Positions 44,401 through 60,914 of a DNA stretch of 64,000 nucleotides are shown here, piece by piece. Origin of the DNA: the human T2T-CHM13v2.0 reference genome, Homo sapiens; the NCBI RefSeq assembly GCF_009914755.1, contig NC_060937.1; one strand, 5' to 3'. The position numbers and the translations under genes were made by a program. The notes beneath the pieces are model-generated. The model made no database searches. It was not told the DNA's origin and saw only the letters and a program-made list of their open reading frames with translations. Positions within the stretch are counted from its first letter, which is position 1; each line of letters begins with the position of its first letter.

Positions 44401-45844
44401 TGCAATCTGAAATTAATGCCTATGTCAAGTTGAAGGACTGCTCAAAATATTGGAGAGGTTCAAGACTGAATGTCCCTACGCTATACAGAGGTCTAATTAG
44501 ATCTTCCAAACATCAGACAACCAAGTGAAGTTAAGTTACCTACCCCCTTGAATGAATCTAGCTTTTGAAATCTTTCCGCTGAGTTATCCTTTAGCGCTGG
44601 TATCCAGAATTCCTTTTTCCGTGGGGGCTGGGAGGAGATGAAGTTATCTGTCCTGGGACAGAGAGCTGAAGAATAGGCCGAGGGGCCTGAATTCACAGCC
44701 TGGTTTCCAAAGACATGGACCTTGGGGTCAGCCCTGGCCCTAAATCCTGGCTCTGTGGCCAGCTGTCTGATCTGGAGGGAGTTACTCACCCTCTCTGTGG
44801 TCCAAGTTTCCCTCCATCAGGTGGAGACTCGAGTGAGATGTCTGTGCAGGCTTAGTGCAGACCAGACCGAACACTCAGCTTTTCTCTGCTTATTATGGCA
44901 GCTACATAACAGCAGTTTCCATGTTTCAAAAACAAAATCACACCTTGTTTACATCCATCTTCAATCTTTTCAATCTTTTTATGTAGACTAAGTCTAGCTT
45001 TTCAGGGTATCCCAATAGTATATGTTTCAGACCTTTATCTAACTGTGAGCCCCCAATACAATATCCAAAACCTTTCTGAAAGAACACTCATGAAGAGATG
45101 GTGTTCATTCATGCCACATGTATAATATTCTTTTGGATAAAATGGCAAAACAAGTAAAAGACATAAAATCGTAATGTCCTCTAATACAACAGGCCAGCAA
45201 GATTTGTAAATCTGTTTTGAAACAACTATCTTTTGACATTAAAAACGATTCCAGGAATCTTTGAATTTCATTTTCCTTCACATTGTTACAATCACTTTCA
45301 GTCTTATATAATTTCTAGACTGTGCTATGGCTCACAGCAGCTGTGTCTCATGGGAAATGCAGACAAACCAGTCTGGCTGGTGAGGGGGGCTGTGGAAAGC
45401 TCACAGCCCCTCCTTGGACAGCCACATTGCTCCCCCAGAGCCATCAAAGGAGGTCCGCCTATGAGGCTGAGGGTCTGGGACATTTCCAAGGGGAGGGTGC
45501 TCCTGAGTGTTTTCTCCAGGAGCAATCCTAACTTCTGGGCAGATGCCTGGCTCTGGCCAAGAGCCTCGTCCAAGAACATTATGATCTCAGTCCCTGCTGG
45601 CCTAACGCTAGGACGCTTCCAGCTGGGGAACCTCCCAGGCAGCAGTGGGGGAGAGTTCCACATGGTTTCTGATGCCCTGGACCATCCCTAGTTCACAGCC
45701 TTGACGATGGGACGGGTGCAGGGTCACTGGTTGGTGGGGCATACAGGAAGGTGTGCTGGGGCCCTGGGGCAGCATAAGGCTTTCCCTGCCTGGAACGGTG
45801 GCAAGAACAAACACAGCCACACACATGCAATGGAATGAAACCAA

Positions 45845-48016
45845 CCAAGAAGTGTGTGGTACCTTTTATTTAGTCAGTCTTCATTTAAATGTGTGCTTTT
45901 GAAATCACTAAATATGACCTTTTCAGAATTCAATTCTCACAGTATTTACAGTGAACTTTGTGCAAACAAATCCCCCTTTGTGCAAAGGGGGAGCTTCCTG
46001 CTCCCCCTTTCACATTAATAACTTACAAATTCAGATCACAACAAAACCCCAGACTCTAGTTTTCTGTTTGAAAGGTACTGAGCTGGGATAATGGGTTGCT
46101 AGGAAAGAGCTAATGCAAGCCCAAAGGAAATAAAATGTTTTCTTTATCAGAAAAGAATAATAACAAGGCCTCACTCTCCAAAGGAAAACAGACGTCCCAA
46201 GATGTTGTGGAACAGTATTAAGTAACCAAATACAATTCCAATGGTTATTTCACCTTCATTTTTTATACTTACACTCATCTCTTTTAATTAAATAAGCGAA
46301 ACCAGAAAAGTGCAATTCGAAGGGACTCTGAACTGTCAGGGAACGTTATAAAAATAATCTGACGTCAGTGACTAAAGAGTGCGGGTCATCAGGCTGCCGG
46401 CCGGCCTCCTGCAAGGGCACTGGCCAGGGAGGCCACAGCTGCCAAAGCGGGGAGGTGCGCCAGGCCCCACATCACCTGCCTCGGGGTCCATGCCAGGCAA
46501 GAAAGAAACACACACCTGGGCCTAGCCAAGGGTGGTGCCCTGCCAGGTAACTCTTCAGGTACAAAATCTACAAAGGGGATCAGTCCTGGAGAACACATTT
46601 CTCTTCCCCTCTCTAGGCAGAGAAATACCTGGCTGAAGAAAAACTACACAACACTCAAGTAATGTATAAGGGAGGGTTCCTGTGGAAGGCAACGATTCAT
46701 GATTTAGAAACTGAAGTGTAAAAAATACAGATCAACAATTGTGCCTTTCATTCTTGTAAAATATCGCTTTAAAATCCCGTTTTAGATGGTTGATGTCTGA
46801 AACGAAACCACGGCCTTTTAAAATATTTTTGATTCCAAGCCTTTTTATAAGGAAGAGGAATTAACACCTCAATCATCCTAGTCACAAGAGACTATTCAGG
46901 ACCAAAACTGTATAGGCTTTCTATGTGTTCACTAAAGACTGTGATGGGCAATTATAGAATGACAGCTTATTAGAAAAAAATTGCTTTTATCAACATCTGA
47001 TACAATGGCTCTGAAAAAAATTTATTGATGGATCTGAGAATTTTTTCACACATGAATCATTTCTCCTTCCAATGGTTATTGATACTGATAGAAGTTCCCC
47101 GCTGAGACTCCCTGGACCCATAGTTTGTGCCTGCTGGGCATCCCACTATGCTGATTCCTACTCTAAAAGACACTTACAGCAGAAAGCATTCACCCATGAC
47201 CATTATGAAGGAAATATTCTGTCCCTCACTCACCCTCTGGAAGCTAATATGGAGCAGCAGTCACTCTATCCAGAGCCACATGTTCACAGTTCTCTAGCAA
47301 GCAGGTCACACCCCGTGGGTCCCCTATTCCCCGTGACCCTTGTTGATCCATCCTCTTCCTGCTCAGTTGCTCCCCTGCTCACCTGGACTGCGGGAGGCAT
47401 GGGTGCGCCCACTGAGGCCATGCTGAGGAGCTGGGATGGAATGCAGGACAGGGAGAGAGGGGAGACTGAGCTGAGAGGGAGCACTGGATCCTGGGAGGTG
47501 TGGATGCACTGATTACAGTCCAAAGACATTGGCAGCAACAAAGGACACACAATGACTGAAAACATTAACGTTACCTTCTGGGATCTCTCAGTGCCCTGAG
47601 CGATCTGTGTGTCTACCTACAGATGGGCAAAGCATTTTTGCACCCTGGCCCCATTCCCAGTTCTCCCCTGAGAACTCAGTCCTCCTTGAAGACTTGGTGA
47701 TGCCTGTCAATTGAGCTCCCATTTAGCGGCTCATTGTGCCCAGGGGCTCACATCTGCAAGTTAAAATTGCTTTTATCAACATCTGATACAATGGTTCTCA
47801 TTTCACATAAATAATCACAGACTTGACTAAAATGAATATATTATTCTAGGTTAATTTTTTTCCATTCAAATGTTTATACTCCATCTACCCAGAACAATTA
47901 CAGCAGAAAAAATAGGCACCTCCAAAGTCTTCCCAAGAATGATGACTTTCTGAAATGACACACTGTACAAACTGGACAAATGAGACGACTGACTGTGACA
48001 GGGGCCGGGGAGCTCT
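45845..48016 (-). other. CAB39L: CAB39L 3'UTR
   Basis: Unique sequence after the stop codon. Minus-strand AATAAA at 45865-45870 is followed by a GU-rich tract (reverse complement of acaaacacagccacacac); a second AATAAA is at 47021-47026. Confidence 0.75.
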
Positions 48017-48196
48017 TCAAGGGGCCGTTTTCTTCAAGTCTCGGATCTGTTTAATCAAGTAGTTCTTCTCGTCAGCGAACTGCTCATCATCCGTCCTTTC
48101 TTTTTGGAAGCTGCTCAGAAACTCAATGAGTTTGGGCTGATTTTTTAACAGGATCTCCACAATAGGCTGTGTTTTGTGAGGACTGGCCACAAACAC
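48017..48196 (-). CDS. CAB39L: CAB39L (MO25-beta) terminal coding exon
   Basis: Minus-strand acceptor tttttgtttcag|GTG. Reads [59 protein letters not shown], the MO25-family C-terminus. Upstream exons lie outside the window. Confidence 0.96.
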
Positions 48197-48360
48197 CTGA
48201 AACAAAAAGAAACAAATACTTAGGAGTGCAAGCCAGGGACCTCACCCACGCTACAGCAGTGCAGGCCAGGGACCTCACCCACGCTACTCGCGTTTCATGC
48301 GTGACTGATATTATTAATGCGTAGAAGCCCCTGACTCTAATTCTCAGTGAGGGTGATCAA

Positions 48361-49879
<1,519 letters not shown>

Positions 49880-50402
49880 TTCACCTTTCCTATCACTCTC
49901 CTAAGTCACTAGCTAGGAGCATGTGGGAGCTATCTATGAACATTTCATATTTGACTTTGTTTTACTTTTAAATATTTGTTCTTAACTATAAAATCTTTCA
50001 AACAGAAAATAACATAACAAATCCAGTATACGTACCTCACAAATTGAATAGATTTTACCATTGTGCCTCAAGAGTCTCTTTTTAAACAAATAAAACATTA
50101 CAAATGGAACCAAACCCTCACCTTCCACCTTTCCCCTCCCACCTCCAGCAGTGTGCCACCATCTCTGGGCACATTTCAATCCTTATCCTCCTATTACATA
50201 GATATTTAAACATAAACAACATATAGTATGAATGAGCTTATGATTTTTAAACATAATTTATTTTTTGAACACATAATATCATCACCTAGTTCAAAATTCA
50301 AAAAGGACAAACGTGAATAGTCCTCCTCTCACCTTCCCTCCCTGGAGGTCACCAATGTCACTGTTTGTTACATATGTGAAGCTTTAAAAATTACAACTGC
50401 CG

Positions 50403-50776
<374 letters not shown>

Positions 50777-52793
50777 CTATGAAGTTCCACAGAGATTCTT
50801 ATGTGAACTCCTGGTGGAAACCACGATCTGATACTGACTGGTGCACTATTTTGTAAAAGACACACTCCTTAGTTACTGCTACATACATGACCACATGACC
50901 AGAATGCAGATCAAAGTGTCTCTGAGCCCTACAGAGCTCTCTGGTGTGATGGTCTGGCCTCCTGCCTCTGCCTGGCACCCCCTCTGCCCACCCATCCCTG
51001 TCCCATAGCTGTGCAGTGCCCAACTCTACAGGGAACACACTATGAAAGGGCTTAGTTATGGGGCAGTGGGGGTTTCATGGCTAAGCCTTTAAGGTTCCTC
51101 CACCCTAGCAAGTGTGGGGAAGGAGAAAACTACCCTAGGATGTTGAGTACCAATGTGGAGAATACAAGACTGCAGAGGCTCCCATCCCAGGAGGTGGCGA
51201 TGACATTACATTTCCGGGTTTGGAACAGGAAGGCTCATGGTGTGGGCGGCATGAGAGCTAGTCCATGAGTCAGGCAGAGAATGTTTACACGTGGTGGTAA
51301 GAAAAGCAGCATTCCAGGAATACTGAATTGTCCCACTGCAGGCTCTGAGGTGGGCGGGACAGGACGTGGGAGCAACAGTAAGAATGAGTAAGGGAACGTG
51401 GGAGCTAAGGCGGCGCCGGCTCTGGAACCTGGGTTCAAATTCCACCTCTCCTACATGTTAGCAGTGTGTCCACCAGCAAAGTTTTGTTATCTAGAAATAA
51501 AAGGACCTCTGCCTGTCTGGGTGGGGAGAATGTGCTGGAGAACATCAGCAGCTTCAGCACAAGTAAGTCTCCTGAAAGCCTTCTGTTGTCACTGTATGTG
51601 GGGAGTCGTGCTTGCTGGAGGCAAAGTGCCTGAACTGAATTCAAGGCCTCGTCACTGCCCCATCACCCTAATTCTGGTCAACTGTACACACGACCGTGGG
51701 CAGCCAGTTCATAGCCCTCCCAGCTGGTTGTCTTCATTCATGGGGCTAAGTGTTTCACACTCATCGAACACTTAACCCTCACAACAGCCCTGAAGTATAA
51801 GAGCTGTTATCCTCATCTGTTAATAAGGAAACAGGCTGAGTCATATTAATAAACTTGACCACATAGTAGTATGGTTAACAGCGCAGATTCAGAAGCACAC
51901 AGCCTGGGCCCAAATCCTAGCACCATCTCTTATTAGCTTTATGATTTCACAAAACTTGTTTACCTCTCTGTACCTCAGTTTCTTCATCTGAAAAATGGGG
52001 ATGATAACAGTACCTGAGTGCCATTAGGTAACTGTGAGGCTTAATGAGAACAGTATATGTATTCTACTCCATGCATTCAAATGGTACATGGCACACAGCA
52101 TGCACCATTCAAATGCATGGAGTAGAACACATACATTGTTGCAAAATTGCTTTTGCCAGGCTCACAGAACTAGCAAGGGCTGAAGCTGAGATTAATCCCA
52201 GGATGCTTGTTCTGAGAACTGATGAGATGTGACATTTTACCAGGTGAGGTTCAGAACTAGAAATCAAAGCCCACAAATCTGATACTCAGTTCATTTGGCC
52301 AATTTAGTTCTGAAATTGTTCATAAATATGATATATAAATTCTTCATGTTTCTGTTCTTTCCATCAAAGGTCATGGACTCACTCACACAGCAAGTGCTAA
52401 GGAATACAGAACCCTCTCTGGGAACACTGCACGTCCCTGTGGTCACGAGTGGCTCATGATGAGACAGTCTCTTGGCAGCCCACATGGCTTACTTACAGTG
52501 AGCCCACCGCTCAGCCAGGCCAGGGGACCCATAACAGAGAAGGAAAAGGGTTTCCTAAGCTTCTGCTTGGTGGGTCTACAGCCATGGGGTGACAAGGAGG
52601 AACTGACCTTTGACCTTCTGGGTTATAAAGTATCCTAGGCTCCTCTGAAACAACCAATGGGAAATAGAAATCACAAAGAAAATTAGAAAACACTTTGAGA
52701 CAAATGAAAACAAAAACAAAATATATCAAAACTCATAAGATGCACCAAAAGCAGTGCTCAGGGGGAAATTTATAGCTATAAATGCCTACATTA

Positions 52794-53138
<345 letters not shown>

Positions 53139-53901
53139 CTAGTTTTATAGCTTAAGGAACTAGGAAGAGAAGAACAAACTAAACCAAAGCAACATAAGGA
53201 AGGAAAGAATAAAACTTAGAGCAGAGATAAACAAAACGGAGAACAGGAAAATGACAGAATCAATGAACCCAAAAGTTGGTTCTTTGAAAAAAATTAATAA
53301 AATTGATAAACCTTTAGCTAGATTGACTAAGAAAAGAAAGAAGACTCAAATGCTAAACATTACTAATGGCCTTATAGAAATAAAAGGGGATTATGAGAGA
53401 TGCTATGAACAATTATATACTAAAAAATTAGATAACCTAGATGATGACATGGCCAAATTCCTAGAAACATGCAGACTACCCAACTGACTCAAGAAGAAAC
53501 AGAGAATCTGCAGACCTCTGACAAGAGATCAAATCAGTAACTTCCAACAAAAAAGAGACCAGGACCAGATGGCTTCACTAGTAAATTCTACCTAACATTT
53601 AAAGAAGAATTAACACAAATCTCTCTCAAATTCTTCTGAAAACTGTAAGAAATGGGAACACTTCCTAACTTATGATATGAGGCCAGTATTACCCAAATAC
53701 CAAAGCCAGAGAAAAACAACACAAAAAAACTACATACCAGTATTCTCTATGAATAAAAATGCAAAAAATCCTCAACAAAATACTAGAAAACCAAGTCCAT
53801 CACTATATCAAAAGGATTCTATACCATGACCAAGTGGGATTTATTCCCCAGAAATACAAGGGTGGTTCAACATAAGCAAATCAATCAATGTAACACATCA
53901 C

Positions 53902-54339
53902 ATGTACTGGGTTAAACTGTGTTCCCCAAAAAGATATGTTCAAGTCCTAATTCTCAGTATCTGTGAGCATGATTTTATTTGGAAACACAGACTTTCTTTA
54001 CAGATGTACTCAAGATAAGATGAGGTCAATACTGGCTTAGGGTGGCTTTACTCCAATGACTGGTGAACTCTGGACACAGAGACGCTTAGGGATATAGAGG
54101 AGAACGCCATGTGAAGATGGAAACAGAGATGCTTCTATAAGCCAAGGAGCACCAAGGACCTCTGGCAACCACCAGAAGCTGGGAGAGAAGCAAGGAAGAT
54201 TCTCCCTGAGAGTCTCCAAAAGAAGTCAATGCTGCCAACACCTTGATTTTGGACTTCTGGCCTCCAGAACTGTGTTTTCTGTTGTTTTAAGCCATTCTGT
54301 CTGTGGTACTTTGTTATGGCAGCCTAGAAAACTAACACA
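53902..54339 (+). mobile_element. MLT1B/C-like solo LTR
   Basis: tgtactgggttaaactgtgttcccc...gttatggcagcctagaaaactaacaca. Confidence 0.85.
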
Positions 54340-55516
54340 AGTGTACCGCATTAGCAGAATATAGGGAAACCACATGATCTTCTCAATTGATACAGAAAAA
54401 GAGTTTGATAAAATCCAACACCTTTTCATGATAAAAACACTCAACACGGAGGCTGGGTGCAGTGGCTCACACCTCTAAACCCAGCACTTTGGGAGGCCGA
54501 GGTGGGCGAATCGCTTGAGCCCAGATATTCAAGACCAGCCTGGGGAACATGGCGAAACCCCCTCTCTACAAAAAATATAAAAATTAGCCAGGTGCCGTAG
54601 TGCACACCTGTAGTCCCAGCTACTCGGGAAGCTGAGGTGGGAGGATCAATTGAGCCTGGGAGGTTGAGGATGCGGTGAGCTGTGATGGTGCCACCACACT
54701 CCCACCTGGGCAACAGAGTGAGATGCTGTCTCAAAAAACAAACAAACAAACAAAAAACACTCAATATAGGACATTTGGATATTCACATGCAAAAGACGAA
54801 GCTGAGCCCTTATCTTACTCTAAATAAAAAGTAAAATCAATCAAAGACCTAAATATAAGAGCTAAAATTTTCACAGGAAAATACAGGGTAAATTTTCATA
54901 ATGTTGGATTTGGCAATGGTTTCTTAGATATGACACCAAAAATACAAGCAATGAAAGAAAAAACAGGTAAACTGAACCAAATTGAAAACTTTTGTATATC
55001 AAAGGATACTATCAAGAGAGTGAAAAAAACACACAGAACGGGAGAAAATATTTGCAAATCATATATCTGATCAGTGTCTTGTATCCAGGATATATAAAGA
55101 ACTCTTACAACTTAACAACAACAACAGAAAACCCATTCCAAAAAGGGGAAAAGAACTTGAACAGACATTTCTCCAAAAAAGATATACAAATGGCCAATAA
55201 GCACATTTTTAAAATCCTCAAAATCACTAGTCATTATGGAAATGCAAGTCAAAATCACAATGAGATACCACTTCGCACCCACTAGGATGACTGCAAAAAC
55301 AAAACAAAACAAAAAAACAAAAACAAAAAACTCTGACAGTAACAAGTGTTGCAAAGATGGATGGAGATAAATTGAAACCCTGGGCCAGGAATGATGGCTC
55401 ATGCCTGTAATCCCAACACTTGGGGAGGCTAAGGTGGGAGGATCACTTGAGCCCAGGAGTTCAAGTTCAAGACCAGCCTGAGCAACACAGCAAGACCCTG
55501 TCTCCACAAAAAATTA

Positions 55517-55879
<363 letters not shown>

Positions 55880-56151
55880 TTACCGAGCAACTCCTTTCCT
55901 AAAAATGGAATACATTGTTCAAACAAAAACTTGTGTAGTAGTGTTCATAGCAGCACTATTTACAATAGCCAAAAGGTGCAAACAACCCAAATGTCCCTTA
56001 ACTGATGAATGGATAAACAAATTTGTGGTATACCCATGCAATGGAATATTATTTGGCCATTTAAAAGAATGAAGTACTGGGCCGGGTGCAGTGGCTTACA
56101 CCTGTAATCCCAGAGGCCAAGGCAGGTGGATCACTTGAGGTCAGGGGTTCA

Positions 56152-56618
<467 letters not shown>

Positions 56619-56964
56619 CTAGATATTGGTGACAGTTGTACAACATCGTAAATACACTAACTGTTACTGAATTGTACACTTTAAAATGGTTAATGCTGAA
56701 TTTTATGTTATGTGAATTTTACCACAATAAACTAAAATTGTTACTTATATTAAAAAAAAAAAAAAGGGACTCCAGGCCTGTTTATACAAACTGCCTGATG
56801 TTTATGTAATACCTATCAGAAATGTGTGGCTGCTCTGGTTACCATTTGTTTACAAGGGAGTTGCTGTGAAGTTTTAGCTAAAAATTGCCTGGCATTTTGT
56901 GGTGACTACATAAATAACTCATGACAGTCTTTCTTTCTTAAAAAAAAAAAAAAAAAGATTAACT

Positions 56965-57028
56965 ATAATAGACAAACTGATGTTGCAAACCAAAATAATA
57001 GACAAACTGATGTTGCAAACCAAAATAA
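56965..57028. repeat. Perfect 30-bp tandem duplication
   Basis: ataatagacaaactgatgttgcaaaccaaa x2. Confidence 0.95.
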
Positions 57029-59084
57029 ATGTAAAATGTACTGGAATTTGCAGACAGGCATCACTGGTTCAATTCCACTGAATTCATTCACTGTACCATA
57101 AACCTAAGGAAAATGCTAAGTTTGTGCCCAGGTTTTAAATTTTTTCTTGTTTTTATTTTTTATGGCTTCTGAACTCTGCCGCCTCTAAAAGTAGTTGCTG
57201 ACTGGAGTCAGCTAATGCAATAGTGCATGATTCCCTTGGGGCAGCCGGGACACTGGTCAAGGCCTGAGATTAACACACTGATGATAAGAAACACACTTCT
57301 AATTCAAGGTATATGGAAGCAAGTCTTTTGAATATTATGTCCAGGGTAGAAATTTTTTTGGTTGTCTTTGTTGTCCCTGTTTTTTAAAAAATGTAATTTT
57401 CAAACCACCCCCAAACAAATGAAACTACCCAGGACTTCTCCTTTTAGAATGCCGCCTTATTGCCTGTATCCCTCAGTTTACATAACATGCCTGAGAGATG
57501 TGATCTGTGGAGTTCTCAGGCGTGGTGAGAGGAAGGCAAATATCATGACCACAACTCAAATATTTTTAGTTTAGAAGACTGAAAATATTGCACTCTCCAT
57601 TTTAAAACTGAATGCATTTCATGGAAAATAAAATATCTACATCTTACACACATATCCATTAATTTCATTCAAATTCTATTTTGCCAACAGGGATTGAGCC
57701 AGACAAGGTATGGGGAGGTTAGTCTTCTGCGTTGCTGACCTCACTGCCTTTGATGCGTGCTGCAAGCCTGGAATGCTCTGTATATGCTCCTGTTACGGTT
57801 ATGTGGAAGCTACTCCAAGCAAAATCCCACCCCATCGAAGTGTCAAATAAGGCAACCATGTCCTTATTCATATGACTACACATCTGAGTAATAATTTAGA
57901 ATATTTTGACACAATACTTGCTAGTACTGATCAGAGACAATTAACTTTTTCCTGTTTAAGAAAGGACTTGATTGTTAAATCTGCAAGCTGGTTGGGTGTC
58001 TATAAGCATCACTGGGCCCACGACAGAATTAGACTGGACCCCACTGCACATCAAGGGAGGAAGAAAAGCCCCAGGAAGGAAGTGAGGGTGGTGGAGGCCA
58101 GCAGCCTGAAAGTACAGGATGCTCTAAAAACCTCTAGAATCTCCTGAAATCCTCCTCCTCACTGCCACCATTCTTACCATCACTCTGATTACACAAGTGA
58201 TACATGTGGAAAACTAGTGAAATAAAGAAAAGCACAAAGAAGAAAGTAAAAAAATCACTGACATAATTCCTCCACCCAGAGATAACCCCTGTGAATATCT
58301 GGTGTATGTATGTGCAGCATTTTTTTCTTGTGCACGTCACTATTTGTAGAAATATTTTAAACAAAACTGGGCTTGCATTCTGTACATAGTACTTTGTAAA
58401 CTACTTTTTCCTTAACAATATGTTTTTTAATGCTTGTAGATTCTTCTTACATTACATGAGATGATCGCCATTTCAAAAAGATAGATATCATCTGCTGAAT
58501 CCTTGCTATGCACTGGGCATTGTGCTAAACAGTTTATACGAATTGTATTCTTTTATCTTGACAACGGCTCTGGGAGGAAGATACAATTTTTCCCCAATCT
58601 CCAGGTGAAGCTGAGAAAAGTTAAAGCAGCATCCCTGACCACTAGGCTGTGTGTGCAGCGTGCGCCTTCCGGGCTGTGCTGGGTGCTTCCGCTAGTGACT
58701 ACACGACAGTATGGCTGCCAGCTTCGCCCTCTCCATGTGTGGCAGTGACCGACTATTTCGTTCAAATGTTCTTAACTACTTATCTAAAGGTAGGGGCAAG
58801 GAGGGGAAAAGGGGCTTGGGGTCAAGCTATAATCACGTTTCTCATCTTTAAAACTGTTAAGTAAACTAGTGGATCAAAGAAATGGGAACGCCTTCTTTCC
58901 AAAGTTTTTTCAGCATTTTAATGTTGCCTTTAGACAGCTAAATGCAAGGTGGATGTCTGGACACTTCCTTAGAGTAACAGAACACGTTGATTTGAACTGA
59001 ACAATTCAAGCCTGTAGGCAGTTTTGTAAAAGGAATATAGCATAGTGATTACCTATATCTCACGGAGTTTTTAAAAAGTTTTTC

Positions 59085-59450
59085 TTAAAAACAGCTTTAT
59101 TAAAATTCAGACTATATAGTTGACTCATTTAAAGTATACTTTTTAATGTTTTACAGTATATTCACATAGTTGTGCAATCATCACCAGAATCAATTTTAGA
59201 ACATTTTTATCATCCCAAAAAGAAACCCTATACCCATTAGCAGTCGCCCGCCCCCTCCGCACCCCAACATGCTCCCAGCTCTAGGCAACACTAATCTACT
59301 TTCTGCCCCTAGAGCTTTGCCGTATTCTAGACATTCATATAAATGGACTAATAAAATACGTGGTTTCTATGACTAGCTTCTTTCACGTAGCACAATGTTT
59401 TTAAGGTTAATCCATGTTGTAGCATGTTACGAATGCCACATCCTTTTTGT
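59085..59450 (-). mobile_element. L1M 3'-end fragment
   Basis: ttttagaacatttttatcatcccaaaaagaaaccctatacccattagcagtc. Confidence 0.8.
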
Positions 59451-60914
59451 GGCCAAAATTGGATTGGGTTTTGAAAGTATTCAATGAGTATGTCCTTGTA
59501 AAGTGTTTAGCAGAGTTTCTGGCCCGCAGCGACTGCTCATTACAGTTGCTACTTCCTTCAACGTGAAATCACTGCAGTGTCACATACAGCAGTAATCGCT
59601 TTCCCAAATATTTACTGTTATGCAGATGCAAGTTATTAAGATTCATATTTAAACCCAATAGCTCATTTTAACTATTTTGGGTAAAATATTTTATCTTCCA
59701 TCCAAAGAATGAGTATACTAGTATTTCCTCTAGTAATACTGTAAAAAGAGGAATTCATACTTCTAATATACTTTATCACAGTCAATTGTAGAAAGAATAG
59801 ACTCTTGTAACTGGGAGGGACCTCAGGAACTTAGCTAATTCATCCTTCCACTTCAGACACAACCCACTGGTAATTCTTGGCAAACAAGAATTGATTCCTA
59901 TTAGATCCCCTGAAAAGGTGATTCTATAACCATCCTCAATGACCTATTCCAGTGTCTACAACTCCCGTTCTCAGAAAATTGGTTTTATTTATAGTCACTC
60001 TCCGCAGCCTATTGAGATAGCTGCTGTTGGCTTGCATTATGATATTCTATGAAACATGTGCTCTGCCCTCAAGTACCACTGTTAAATTTCTCTGTCAGTC
60101 TTCTTTTTTGGTGCATAAGTGTTTTTAAATCTTTCCACATAGGTCTTGTTTTCCAAATAGCTCAATCATTTCTGTGGCTTCTCTCTGCTGAGCCTCTCTG
60201 TATTCTCTATACCCTCCTCCAGGTAAGCACCTCAGAGGAACTGTGCAGTCTCCTTTCCTAGGATCCTTAAGGAGAAGTCATTTACCTGATGACATGGCCA
60301 ACCTCAAGATTCCCAGAGCTGTCAATATAAACTTCATCCCGGTGAAATCTGACTCGAGTTGAAGAGAACACTGGCTTTGTGCATCAGGGGCCTTCACTCT
60401 GCTATCACTTGCTCACCCTGGACTTTTCTGCTCTTTGTGCCATCACTTTCTCAATGATTTTATTTCCTTCCCAGGTCTGTGATACTGTACTTTTCATCAC
60501 TGAGCTTTTAGCCACTTATTCCTGGTTTCATCTACAATGGACAAATACTGCAGCCATTCAGAATCCTTATTCTTCCCGGAGGCCTTCAGCTCCATCGGAA
60601 GGTCTGGCGAATGTGATGAGCACACACGCTGCTGACCTCATTCTCCAAGCCTCAGATGGAAATGTGGACCAGGACTTCCCAGGGGAAGCCGCCTGCACAA
60701 AACATAGATTCCAGACCTACACATTCTCGCTTTCTGAATGGAATATGCCAGGAAGGAAGGATCTAAATATATTCACAAGTCAGAATAGTTCTATTTAACA
60801 TGACGATGCTTGTCAAACATTTTGTCAGAAAGATTTTTTTAAAAGACACTATATTACTACCCAGGACTCTGTTCTTGTCCCAATATTTGAAAACTGAAAT
60901 GAGTCCCTCCAGGT

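Noticed and set aside
53251-55285. L1 ORF2-like peptides as an active retrotransposon
   Set aside because: Many frameshifts and stops, interrupted by Alus and an LTR; this is a fossil.
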